Positions 29,845-38,792 of a stretch of 64,000 bases of DNA are shown here, piece after piece. A program made the translations under genes and the position numbers. The DNA comes from Veillonella parvula (GTDB lineage Bacteria > Bacillota > Negativicutes > Veillonellales > Veillonellaceae): the NCBI RefSeq assembly GCF_032550495.1, contig NZ_JAWFZJ010000004.1, positions 42,150 through 106,149 on the forward strand, written 5' to 3'. Below the pieces are notes generated by a model. It was given only the letters and a program-made list of their open reading frames with translations. It ran no database searches and was not told where the DNA came from. Positions within the stretch are counted from its first letter, which is position 1. Every line of letters begins with the position of its first letter.

Positions 29845-30372
29845 TTATTGTGCAGCTTCAGTTGTACTTGTTGCAGCTTGATCTGCTTGTTGTGCATTTT
29901 GCTGAGCATCTTGTTGCTCTTGGGCTTTAGCTGCATTTTCAACTTCTTTGATTTGATCGTCAGAAGCTTTACCCATTTTTGTAATCAAATCCTCAGTTAC
30001 ATCAGAGCCACCGCCAACAACAGCGCCTTTCTCAATAATAACATCAAGTTTTTTCTCTTTCACAAGTTCATTGATTTTTTGTTCTTGATATTGACGATAT
30101 TCTTGCGCTTTTGCATTCGCAAAGGCATTTAATTCTTGATTCGCTTGATTAAATACATTTTGTTTAGATGCTTCATCGGCAGCAGCAATTTTAGCATCTA
30201 ATTCCGCTTTTTTAGCATTGATTTCTTTAGTAATTTCAATACCTTTTTCAGTACTGTTTGCCACTTTCACGCTATCAACATAACCAACATTATTAGAACC
30301 ACAACCACCTAAGATAGCCATAGAAGCTACTAAAGATGCACCTAATACTAAAGATTTAATACGTTTATTCAT
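29845..30372 (-). CDS. skp: OmpH/Skp-family periplasmic chaperone, lipoprotein form
   Basis: 175 aa. Lipobox LGGC|GS, K/E/Q/A-rich helical body, Q/A-rich tail. Lies between bamA and lpxD. Confidence 0.7.
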   Translation of the reverse strand: MNKRIKSLVLGASLVASMAILGGCGSNNVGYVDSVKVANSTEKGIEITKEINAKKAELDAKIAAADEASKQNVFNQANQELNAFANAKAQEYRQYQEQKINELVKEKKLDVIIEKGAVVGGGSDVTEDLITKMGKASDDQIKEVENAAKAQEQQDAQQNAQQADQAATSTTEAAQ

Positions 30373-30383
30373 AATATAACTCC

Positions 30384-31355
30384 TTATTGAACTCGATAGG
30401 ACGCCTTCACTGCATCAGTAATATCAAGCCCTTTAATATTACCACCATCATCGATGATGACTAAATCCAAATGTTGTTCCTCAGCAATAATTGCTACGCG
30501 CATACGAACATCTTCTAAAATAGCCTCATGAAGTGCACTCACCTCAGCTTCTTTATCTGAAAGCTTTTTTGCCCATGTATCATTCCACTCTTGCGCCACA
30601 GGCAGGTTATTATTAGCAATGATGGATTGTGCTTGTTGTTGTACCATGGAGTCTCGTTTCTCAGCTAATTCCTTCTGTAGGGATGCAGCGTATTGATTGA
30701 GCTCTTCCTGCCCTTTTTGTTGCATTGGAGCAAGCTCAGCCTGTACCTTTGCTTTAATTGAATCTACATCGAAATCCGATGGTTTTCTCTTAGCTAATAA
30801 GTCCTTTAATCTTTCTTCTTTTTTAGCTTTTTCAGCCATAGCCGCTGCTCTTTGTGCATCATCTATATATACACGTGCATCATAGGCATATAAGTCTAGT
30901 TGAAGGTTTACGATTTCCAGATCATATTCATTAGTACTAACCTTTAACTCAGCTAAATACTTTTGAGTCAATTCATTGCGTTTTGCATTTAATTGCTGAT
31001 TTAGTTCATTCTCTTTTGTTGCAATACGAGTTTGCAATTCGACCGTAAGAGCATCTGACAAGGTTGAATCCAGTGCAAGCGTTTTCAACTGTTTATCTTG
31101 TGTCTCTGACTTGGCATTTAAGGCTTGTTGTTCAAGTTCATATTGACGTTGTAAAAGTTCCAGTTCATTTTTGGCTTGTTTATAATCCTCATAGGATGGA
31201 TTAAACTCTAGTACATCATCAATGCGTACAACACCTATTGACATACCATCAGGACCCTGTTGGCGATTTGTTACAAAACCATAGGCCCAAACCATAGCAC
31301 TTATTGCAGCAACGAGAAATATGACTAGTCCTATATATCGTTGTTTCCCGTTCAT
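30384..31355 (-). CDS. Membrane-anchored, extended OmpH/Skp-like coiled-coil protein
   Basis: 323 aa. N-terminal TM helix, long coiled coil, and a C-terminus (LDLVIIDDGGNIKGLDITDAV) resembling the Skp C-terminal strand. Confidence 0.55.
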   Translation of the reverse strand: MNGKQRYIGLVIFLVAAISAMVWAYGFVTNRQQGPDGMSIGVVRIDDVLEFNPSYEDYKQAKNELELLQRQYELEQQALNAKSETQDKQLKTLALDSTLSDALTVELQTRIATKENELNQQLNAKRNELTQKYLAELKVSTNEYDLEIVNLQLDLYAYDARVYIDDAQRAAAMAEKAKKEERLKDLLAKRKPSDFDVDSIKAKVQAELAPMQQKGQEELNQYAASLQKELAEKRDSMVQQQAQSIIANNNLPVAQEWNDTWAKKLSDKEAEVSALHEAILEDVRMRVAIIAEEQHLDLVIIDDGGNIKGLDITDAVKASYRVQ

Positions 31356-31384
31356 TGTCGTTCTCCCTTACATAGAACTACAGT

Positions 31385-31873
31385 TTATTTTTTTGCATCA
31401 GTAGCTAGTTTTTTCAATACTTGATCTGTAATATCAACACCACCGTATAGTACAGTGTCTTTAGTCATAACAACGCTAAGACCTTTAGCATCACCAACCG
31501 CTTTTGCAGCCTCCATAGCTTTATCTTGAACGGATTTAGCAATTTCTTGATCTTTTTTAGCTAGGTTTTGACGAGCTTCTTCAGCAATTTTTTGTTTAGT
31601 AGCATCATCTTGTGCTGCATCAATTTTAGCTTGCGTTTCTTGTTGTAATTGGCTTTGATAGCTCATATACTCTTGAGCTGCAGAGATATAAATTGGATTA
31701 TCTTGAGACAACATACGAGATGTATCGATAACCCCAATAGTACTAGTCCCACTATTACTACTAGGCGAAGCCATTTGCGTATAAGCTAACGCACCAATAC
31801 CAACAATAAAAATTGCAGCAATGACGATGGAAAAAATCTTTACATTCGCCTTGTTGTTCATCATTCGCATCAT
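31385..31873 (-). CDS. skp: OmpH/Skp-family periplasmic chaperone
   Basis: 162 aa. Signal/anchor sequence, helical Q/K/A-rich body, C-terminal LSVVMTKDTVLYGGVDITDQV typical of Skp. Confidence 0.7.
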   Translation of the reverse strand: MMRMMNNKANVKIFSIVIAAIFIVGIGALAYTQMASPSSNSGTSTIGVIDTSRMLSQDNPIYISAAQEYMSYQSQLQQETQAKIDAAQDDATKQKIAEEARQNLAKKDQEIAKSVQDKAMEAAKAVGDAKGLSVVMTKDTVLYGGVDITDQVLKKLATDAKK

Positions 31874-31932
31874 AATAGAGTGCCCTCATTTCTTTAAATC
31901 ACTGCATCAAAGGATGCCATATAGAGATATTG

Positions 31933-31962
31933 GTGAAAGCCTCTTTAAAAAGAGGCCTTCAC
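31933..31962 (-). other. Intercistronic stem-loop between bamA and skp with no U tract
   Basis: Minus strand GUGAAGGCCUCUUUUUAAAGAGGCUUUCAC: arms of about 13 bp with one G-U pair. Not followed by a U run on either strand. Confidence 0.5.
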
Positions 31963-31979
31963 CATATACATTTACTATA

Positions 31980-34148
31980 TTAGAATTGTGTACCGAAGCT
32001 GAAGTGGAATTTATTTTTGTGTTTACCCACGCCATAGTCAAGTTTAACAGGACCAATTGGAGTTGTAATACGAACACCAGCACCAACGCCATAGTTAAAG
32101 GATTTTTTGCTGTTATACCATGTAACATTTGGTGCATCCCATGCATCACCAATATCACCGAATAACACACCGCTAACTTTCTTAACAATTGGGAAACGGA
32201 ATTCCAATGTAGCATTGTACATCTTCTTACCACGGAATTGATCATCTTCATAACCACGTAAGGAATCAGCTCCGCCCAATGTGAACAATTGGCTATAAGG
32301 AGCATCACCTTGGATGAAACCAGCACGTGCACGGAATGCCAATACATTTTTAGCACCCAATTTCTTGTACATACGAGTTTCAGCTGTGAATTTGTAGAAG
32401 TCGAAGTCACCGCCCAAACCATGACCAGCCCATTGTGTAGTATAGGAAATACGACGACCACGAGTTGGTTCATAGATATTATCGCGAGAATCGTATACTT
32501 TTTGCCATGTTACAGAGTTAATGCGACCGAAGTTATTTTTTACATAGTTGTCAGATGCGAAGTTATAGGAACCATTATCCCAGTTTGTACCTTTACCCGC
32601 ATTTTTATCATAACGGAAACCAGAGCTATCATCATCATCCCATTTATAAGAATCTTTACGGGATTCTAATGTCAAGTAATCACGAGTATATTCCCCAGTT
32701 TGACGACCGAAGGAAATATTGAAACCACGAGATTTCTTATTGTATTCTGCTACTTCATTACCATCTTCATTGTAATCTGTGTATTCATCTTCGCGGTTGA
32801 AGAAGGAGAAGCCAAGGGATGTACCTTTGCTATCGATCCAAGGTTTCAAGTAGGAGATTTGGTAGTTCTTATATTTTTTCTTACCACCGATTTCCCAGTG
32901 AACTTTAAATTTATCGCCAGTACCACGGAAGTTATCTTCACCGAATTCAACAATACCCATCAACCCATCAGATTTAGAGTAACCAGCACCTAATGTGATG
33001 GTACCAGTCTTATGTTCCAATACATCGATTTCAATAATTACATTATTTGGATCTTGTTCACCTGGCAACATACGAACGTTTACGTCATCAAAGAAACCTA
33101 AGTTATATACGCGTTCTACAGAACGACGTACCAAGAATTTATTAAAAGGTTTTCCTTTCTTTTGAACAAATTCACGAGTAATAACTTTATTGCGGGTTTT
33201 CTTGTTACCTGCTGGAATGATATCTTCTACGATACCTTCAACAATGTGTATATGAAGTACGCCTTGGTCATCTACACGGACACCATCAACATGTGCTAAC
33301 ATATAGCCATCGCGAGCATATGCAGCATTAATGCCTTGAACTTTTTGCCCTACGGATACAGAGTTAAGAACTTGACCTGGTTGAATGTCCATGAACTTAG
33401 TCAATACTTCGGAGGAATATACAGTATTACCTTCAAAGGAAACGCCAGTAGTAACTGGATTTACTGTTACGGCAAAGTCCAATTTTACGCCTTCAGGCAC
33501 GGAAGTGAATACAGGATTTACTTCGGAGAAGTAACCAGTATTACCAAGATTAGTTACATCTTTAAATACGCCATCAACAGATACGGCATCGCCAACTTTT
33601 TCAGTTAAAATTGGCAACAAATTTGCTTGCTGTTCAGCTGTAACGCCAGATATAGATAAACCGGTAATCAATTTACCTACGTAAGGATTAACAGATTCTG
33701 CACTAGCAGATGTAACATATTGTGCTTCTACTGTTGTAACAGCTTGAGTTTGGCCATTTTCAGCAGCCTTATCAAGATCAGTACCACCAGTAGTTTTAGA
33801 TACCATTTTTACTTGTTTATCATCAGTTTTTAAAGCAGCATTATTGACTGTAACAGTTCCATCAGAACCTTTTACTACAGTGCCGTCACTAGATATAGTC
33901 GTATCACCACGAGCAGCTAAGATAGCTGCATCAGTTTCATCTTGTATAGTTGTAGTAGTTGCATCAGCATTATAAACAGCTTGTGTAGTAGCTGCATCAT
34001 TTGTTGTAGCAGCATTAGTCGTCGTTGTGCTATTTAAATCTGGAGTATAGCCAGCTTGTACCTCAGCAGCAAATACACTGCCTGTCCCCATGACAGCGGT
34101 CAACACGGACGCTGCAAGCATACTTTTATAAGCTTTTGGTTTAAACAT
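31980..34148 (-). CDS. bamA: Outer membrane protein assembly factor BamA (Omp85 family)
   Basis: 722 aa. Signal peptide, T/A/D-rich low-complexity segment, POTRA-like repeats, C-terminal Omp85 barrel (RGY, GGxxSLRGY-like motifs) ending in F. Sits upstream of skp-lpxD. Confidence 0.9.
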   Translation of the reverse strand: MFKPKAYKSMLAASVLTAVMGTGSVFAAEVQAGYTPDLNSTTTTNAATTNDAATTQAVYNADATTTTIQDETDAAILAARGDTTISSDGTVVKGSDGTVTVNNAALKTDDKQVKMVSKTTGGTDLDKAAENGQTQAVTTVEAQYVTSASAESVNPYVGKLITGLSISGVTAEQQANLLPILTEKVGDAVSVDGVFKDVTNLGNTGYFSEVNPVFTSVPEGVKLDFAVTVNPVTTGVSFEGNTVYSSEVLTKFMDIQPGQVLNSVSVGQKVQGINAAYARDGYMLAHVDGVRVDDQGVLHIHIVEGIVEDIIPAGNKKTRNKVITREFVQKKGKPFNKFLVRRSVERVYNLGFFDDVNVRMLPGEQDPNNVIIEIDVLEHKTGTITLGAGYSKSDGLMGIVEFGEDNFRGTGDKFKVHWEIGGKKKYKNYQISYLKPWIDSKGTSLGFSFFNREDEYTDYNEDGNEVAEYNKKSRGFNISFGRQTGEYTRDYLTLESRKDSYKWDDDDSSGFRYDKNAGKGTNWDNGSYNFASDNYVKNNFGRINSVTWQKVYDSRDNIYEPTRGRRISYTTQWAGHGLGGDFDFYKFTAETRMYKKLGAKNVLAFRARAGFIQGDAPYSQLFTLGGADSLRGYEDDQFRGKKMYNATLEFRFPIVKKVSGVLFGDIGDAWDAPNVTWYNSKKSFNYGVGAGVRITTPIGPVKLDYGVGKHKNKFHFSFGTQF

Positions 34149-34217
34149 AAATTCCTCCTAGAACTCATCCCCATAAAGAGTTTACATCTTATTTATAAAG
34201 ACTAATAAATCTTTATC

Positions 34218-34226
34218 ATTATAGCA
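34218..34226 (-). promoter_or_regulatory. Extended -10 promoter element (TGCTATAAT) upstream of bamA
   Basis: The minus strand reads TGCTATAAT about 70 nt upstream of the bamA ATG. Weak -35 element. Confidence 0.45.
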
Positions 34227-34279
34227 TAAATTGCTTGGAATGAGTACTATATTAAACAAATTTTATGAAATTAATATGA

Positions 34280-34316
34280 CTAGAATGTGCATACCTAAGG
34301 GGTTTACACATTCTAG
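34280..34316 (-). terminator. Hairpin just after tamB (weak terminator candidate)
   Basis: 10-bp stem CUAGAAUGUG/CACAUUCUAG with a 17-nt loop, followed by an A/U-rich sequence with no clean U run. Confidence 0.35.
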
Positions 34317-34324
34317 CCATACTC

Positions 34325-37300
34325 TTAAAAGCTACGTGTCCAACGACCACCTATATAATTGTTCCCTTTTGATGTATGCCATCCCGTGAACTTAAGGTTT
34401 CGTTTAACAGAATATTCTATACCATATTTATTTTGTTTGTTATTAATACCTTGAGAATAAGTCAACATGACTCTCGGTAATACATATTTACCGATTTCAA
34501 TATTATAATTACTTGCCGTATCCCTATTAGTTGGCTCATCGGGATCAATTGACCCTGTTGTAATATTGATGCGGTCTAACCCAAGTGTATTTTGTAATGC
34601 ATCTTGTACATAGCCAAAAGCAAACATTTGAAGCCCTGCTGTAGCCACAGCATTCACATCTTCATTTGTCAAAGTACTACTATTTGAATCTGCACCGCGG
34701 CCGAAGGTCAACATGGAAATGATTTGCTTTCTAGACAATGTAGGATTAGAGGACAATGATAAGTCCATATGATCCACTGTCCCTTTTACGCCAAGCATAA
34801 TAGTGTAATTACTTACATTTGTTTCAGCCTCTAATTGTAAGTTTGGTAAATAAGAGCCACCTACGAAATGAGCATTCCCTTTTGTAATATTAAATACATG
34901 GCTCAAATACTTAAACGTGCCATTTCTAACATCGAATTGACCACTAGCAGTTGGATTTTGTAAGGATCCACCAAAATGAACATCGCCACTGATAAACATG
35001 TTGTATAAGGTGCGATCATATAAACGTACACCTTTACCCGCATGAACAGTAACATCCACCCCCATATCTTTGGTACTTTCACTAGATTGTAAGGAAAGAG
35101 GAATTTTGAATTGAATCTTTTCAAGATTTAAAGTACCAATAAGGGTCGGCAATCCATCTCGGTCAGCAATATAAAGTTCACCATTCAAAGGTCCTCTTAC
35201 ATATTCACTGCGAACCTCTAAGTCTTCTAGCTGAACTGCCGCCTTGTAATTAGTAAGAGTATGTCCAGACCAATTTACTTTAGCAGCCAAACCAGCTGAG
35301 CCTTTGCCCATATTAATACGGGATTGGAAATCACCTTGTTGACCAGAGAAAATTAAGTCACCATCAATACCAGTAATTTGATTTTCTACACTTGCCAATT
35401 TCATCGTACCATTACGTACCGATACAGTACCATATGCTTCAGGCTGATCAATAGTGCCTGTAATGTGAACCGTGCCTTTTAACGGACCTGTTGCCTCCTT
35501 AACACTAGTTGTAAGAAGAGGGATAACAGCCATATCTGCTTCGTTAAAATCAATAGTTACATCCATAGATTTGCTATCATTTGCTGGAATATACCCAGAC
35601 GTAAAGATTGCCGCTAATGGAATCTTACCATAGACACTTAGCTTATACCCACTTTTGGCACCTTGAATTCGTTGAATCTGAATAACTTGATCTTGCATTG
35701 TAGCCAATACAAAACCTTCATCAATACCAACACCATTAAAGGACCCCGACTCTACAGCACCGGATAATTCTACTTTAGGATTCTTAGTTTCCCCAGTGAT
35801 ATTTACAACGCCAGTCACCCAACCAGTAGCTTGAATATCCTTACCCATAAGTGGCAAGAACGGTACTATATCAACATCCTTTAATGCAACCTGTAAGTCC
35901 GCTTGACCATCAAGATCCATCGTACCGCCTATTGCAATGAGACCTTCATCAACAGGCAGTTTCAAAGTTGTAACTTTGAATTTACGATTAGCAAGACTTG
36001 CATCGATAGTTGCATCACCAACAATCTTTTCATCAATACTTACATCATTAATCTTGCCTGTTACATTAACGCTTGGATTGTCGCGTGTACCTCCGATTTC
36101 AACAGAACCATTTAATTTGCCATCAATGTGTTCATTGGACCGGTCTAGCAAGGTTAGCAAATTCTTTACGCTACCATTAGTAACATCTAATACACCAAAT
36201 AGTTGTCTACTATCATCAAACTTCATACCACCTTTAGCAGTGTAGCGACCACCATCGGCTTCAGCAAAGGTAAAATCTTGCACATTTACAACCGATTTAT
36301 CTGCATAAACACGACCATGAATATCGTTCAATAATTCCCCATTAACTGATAAGGCATCGGATGAAATATAGCCATTGAATTGAGGGTTATCCACAGATCC
36401 AGTAATTTGTCCTCGACCAGATAGCAAACCATCAACTTTGTAATCCGTATTAATGAGCAATCTGCCCATATCAATTTTTTTGCCTTCAAAATCAATATTA
36501 ATTGCTTCTTTAGATACTGTACCTCCACCTGTGATAGTTGCACCATAACCTTCAATATCAAATCTATAAAGCTCTAATGTATCATTCTGATAGTTATATT
36601 TTGCAAACGCATTGGTCACGAGTTTGCCATAAGCAGAACCATCCCACAAATGAGCACGACCTTCTATAATCGGATTTGCAGCCGTCCCTGTAATATGATT
36701 GTCTGTTTCAAACCAACCTGTAATAGGAACATCTGTAACAGTACGAATCACATTTTCAATACGAGCAGCCCGAGCCTTGGCATTTAGATCTAACACATCT
36801 GTATTAAGATTATACCAACCATTAACATCATAGCCCCCATCGCCATCACCAATATGTCCATTGGTGATAGTGAGAATATGGTTATCTAGCTTAATATCTC
36901 CATGGATATTATTGAATCGAGCCCCTTTATAATGTACCTCTTGACCCCATACAGTGCCCATTACATTTGGATTATCCAATGTACCTTGTATCGCAAAAGA
37001 GGTATTCAAGGTGCCATCAACCTCTTGACCAATAATAGGACTTAGTGCGGTCAATGGCAATGCATTACCGGAAATAGTGGCATCTATATTACCATTTTGG
37101 ATATAGCCATATCCGCTTAGCGCCCCATCTCCTATAGTGCCTACAACGGTCATATTTGTACTATTATCAGCATGCGTAAAGTTAGCTTTTGCAGTATCAA
37201 CTACAACACCGCGAATGCCTATTTGGCGACCTTCAACAGCGCCTACAACATCTGTAACTTGATTATTTTTTCCTAAGATACGCATCTCACCATCGATATT

Positions 37301-38614
37301 ACCTGTAACCGGTGAGGTCATATCTTTTGTGAAAGTGCCTAAAGGTAAATTTTGAATCTTTATAGTAGTATCAAAATCCCCTGTATCAACCACATATTGG
37401 CCCTTAACCTTTGCACTACCTTCGCCTACTGATAGGCGCACATCATCCGTACGAACTAAACCGTTATCATATACAATATCACCTTGTAAACGATCAATAT
37501 AGTAACCATTATAAGAAATACCATCACTAGCAATCGTTGCATCTACACGAGGAGCTACTGTCGTACCACCAATATGTGCACGCCCACCTACAATACCAGA
37601 AACACCGACGTCTGTTATCGCCTCTAAATCTACTTTATCGGCCACAACATTAAGATTTAAATACTCTTCATCTTTGCCTAGTGTAACTAAGCCATTGATC
37701 TTTGTTACTTGATCATTTACCCTCCAAGAACTACGACTAATAACGATTTGATCATTATTAAGCATAATGCGACCCGTGCCATCGGTAATATTATAAATTG
37801 TATTACCCCGTTTATAAGTGCCTGTTAAACCTTTAAAGCCTACATTACCACTCATAATGTATTTGCCATCTTCACTTTTAAGATTTAAATGTAAATCTTG
37901 TAACTTACCACTCGTTACAGATAGATCCTTACGAAGTGGAACAAAACTCATAATACCAGCAGTATCAATTTCATCAGCTTGTACAAAGAGATCAAAATTA
38001 GATACATTGTTCATATCAATTTTGCCATTCAAGGTAATTGCGGAACCATCTACATCAGCAGTAAAGGCACCTTTAGACATGCCACTCATATCAAGCGCCA
38101 TAGTCCCATCAAGATTTTCTACATTCCTCTTTATTCCATCTTTAGTACGTAGCGCTACGCGACCATCATTAATAGTCACAGAGCCATCAAAAGTACCCGA
38201 CTTATTTGGATCGGATGGTTTTACTAACTTAGTTATACTCCACGACCCATCAGCTAGTTGCCATATATGAAAATCTGGCGCCTCAACGATTACACTAGAA
38301 ATAGCCGTAGCCCCTGATGTGTTGCCACCGACAATCTTCGGCAAAGAAGATAATTTAACTCCTACAGCTACCTCTTGAGCAGTTCCAACTAAATGACCAT
38401 CTCTATCTTTAATAATCACATCTGTTAGAACAACATCACCATTCCAATTAATTCGGAGAGAATCATAGTCTATAGATCCGTTTATGACATTATTTACTTG
38501 TTCTTTAACCATAGGTGCAATGTAAATTTGAGCCATAGGATTGATGCTGGCACCAACAATACCAGACAAACCTAAAATCGCTGCACCGATAAGGAGCCAC
38601 TTTTTACGGGTCAT
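34325..38614 (-). CDS. tamB: TamB-like translocation and assembly module protein (AsmA-like/DUF490 family)
   Basis: About 1429 aa. Single N-terminal TM anchor, very long repetitive beta-rich body, C-terminal DUF490-like end (...GGRWTRSF). Start at ATG 38612-14 after GGGAG. Confidence 0.85.
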   Translation of the reverse strand: MTRKKWLLIGAAILGLSGIVGASINPMAQIYIAPMVKEQVNNVINGSIDYDSLRINWNGDVVLTDVIIKDRDGHLVGTAQEVAVGVKLSSLPKIVGGNTSGATAISSVIVEAPDFHIWQLADGSWSITKLVKPSDPNKSGTFDGSVTINDGRVALRTKDGIKRNVENLDGTMALDMSGMSKGAFTADVDGSAITLNGKIDMNNVSNFDLFVQADEIDTAGIMSFVPLRKDLSVTSGKLQDLHLNLKSEDGKYIMSGNVGFKGLTGTYKRGNTIYNITDGTGRIMLNNDQIVISRSSWRVNDQVTKINGLVTLGKDEEYLNLNVVADKVDLEAITDVGVSGIVGGRAHIGGTTVAPRVDATIASDGISYNGYYIDRLQGDIVYDNGLVRTDDVRLSVGEGSAKVKGQYVVDTGDFDTTIKIQNLPLGTFTKDMTSPVTGNIDGEMRILGKNNQVTDVVGAVEGRQIGIRGVVVDTAKANFTHADNSTNMTVVGTIGDGALSGYGYIQNGNIDATISGNALPLTALSPIIGQEVDGTLNTSFAIQGTLDNPNVMGTVWGQEVHYKGARFNNIHGDIKLDNHILTITNGHIGDGDGGYDVNGWYNLNTDVLDLNAKARAARIENVIRTVTDVPITGWFETDNHITGTAANPIIEGRAHLWDGSAYGKLVTNAFAKYNYQNDTLELYRFDIEGYGATITGGGTVSKEAINIDFEGKKIDMGRLLINTDYKVDGLLSGRGQITGSVDNPQFNGYISSDALSVNGELLNDIHGRVYADKSVVNVQDFTFAEADGGRYTAKGGMKFDDSRQLFGVLDVTNGSVKNLLTLLDRSNEHIDGKLNGSVEIGGTRDNPSVNVTGKINDVSIDEKIVGDATIDASLANRKFKVTTLKLPVDEGLIAIGGTMDLDGQADLQVALKDVDIVPFLPLMGKDIQATGWVTGVVNITGETKNPKVELSGAVESGSFNGVGIDEGFVLATMQDQVIQIQRIQGAKSGYKLSVYGKIPLAAIFTSGYIPANDSKSMDVTIDFNEADMAVIPLLTTSVKEATGPLKGTVHITGTIDQPEAYGTVSVRNGTMKLASVENQITGIDGDLIFSGQQGDFQSRINMGKGSAGLAAKVNWSGHTLTNYKAAVQLEDLEVRSEYVRGPLNGELYIADRDGLPTLIGTLNLEKIQFKIPLSLQSSESTKDMGVDVTVHAGKGVRLYDRTLYNMFISGDVHFGGSLQNPTASGQFDVRNGTFKYLSHVFNITKGNAHFVGGSYLPNLQLEAETNVSNYTIMLGVKGTVDHMDLSLSSNPTLSRKQIISMLTFGRGADSNSSTLTNEDVNAVATAGLQMFAFGYVQDALQNTLGLDRINITTGSIDPDEPTNRDTASNYNIEIGKYVLPRVMLTYSQGINNKQNKYGIEYSVKRNLKFTGWHTSKGNNYIGGRWTRSF

Positions 38615-38754
38615 AATGATACTCCCATACACATTATGAATAATATAAATATATATACTAATCTTACCACAGACACAGTAATAACTATAGTATTTTCAGG
38701 ATAAATTTTATAAAACCTATCAATAACACTCATTATCTATAATGCCCACTACAA

Positions 38755-38781
38755 GAAAAAAGACGACCAAAGTCGTCTTTT
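38755..38781 (-). terminator. Rho-independent terminator after tolC
   Basis: Minus strand AAGACGACUUUGGUCGUCUU followed by U6, 12 nt after the stop codon. Confidence 0.85.
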
Positions 38782-38792
38782 TAAGGATCATA

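Noticed and set aside
31907-32473. A 188-aa minus-strand ORF overlapping the 3' end of bamA in another frame.
   Set aside because: It lies entirely within the well-supported BamA barrel coding region. Its sequence is low-complexity and not protein-like, and it has no RBS.
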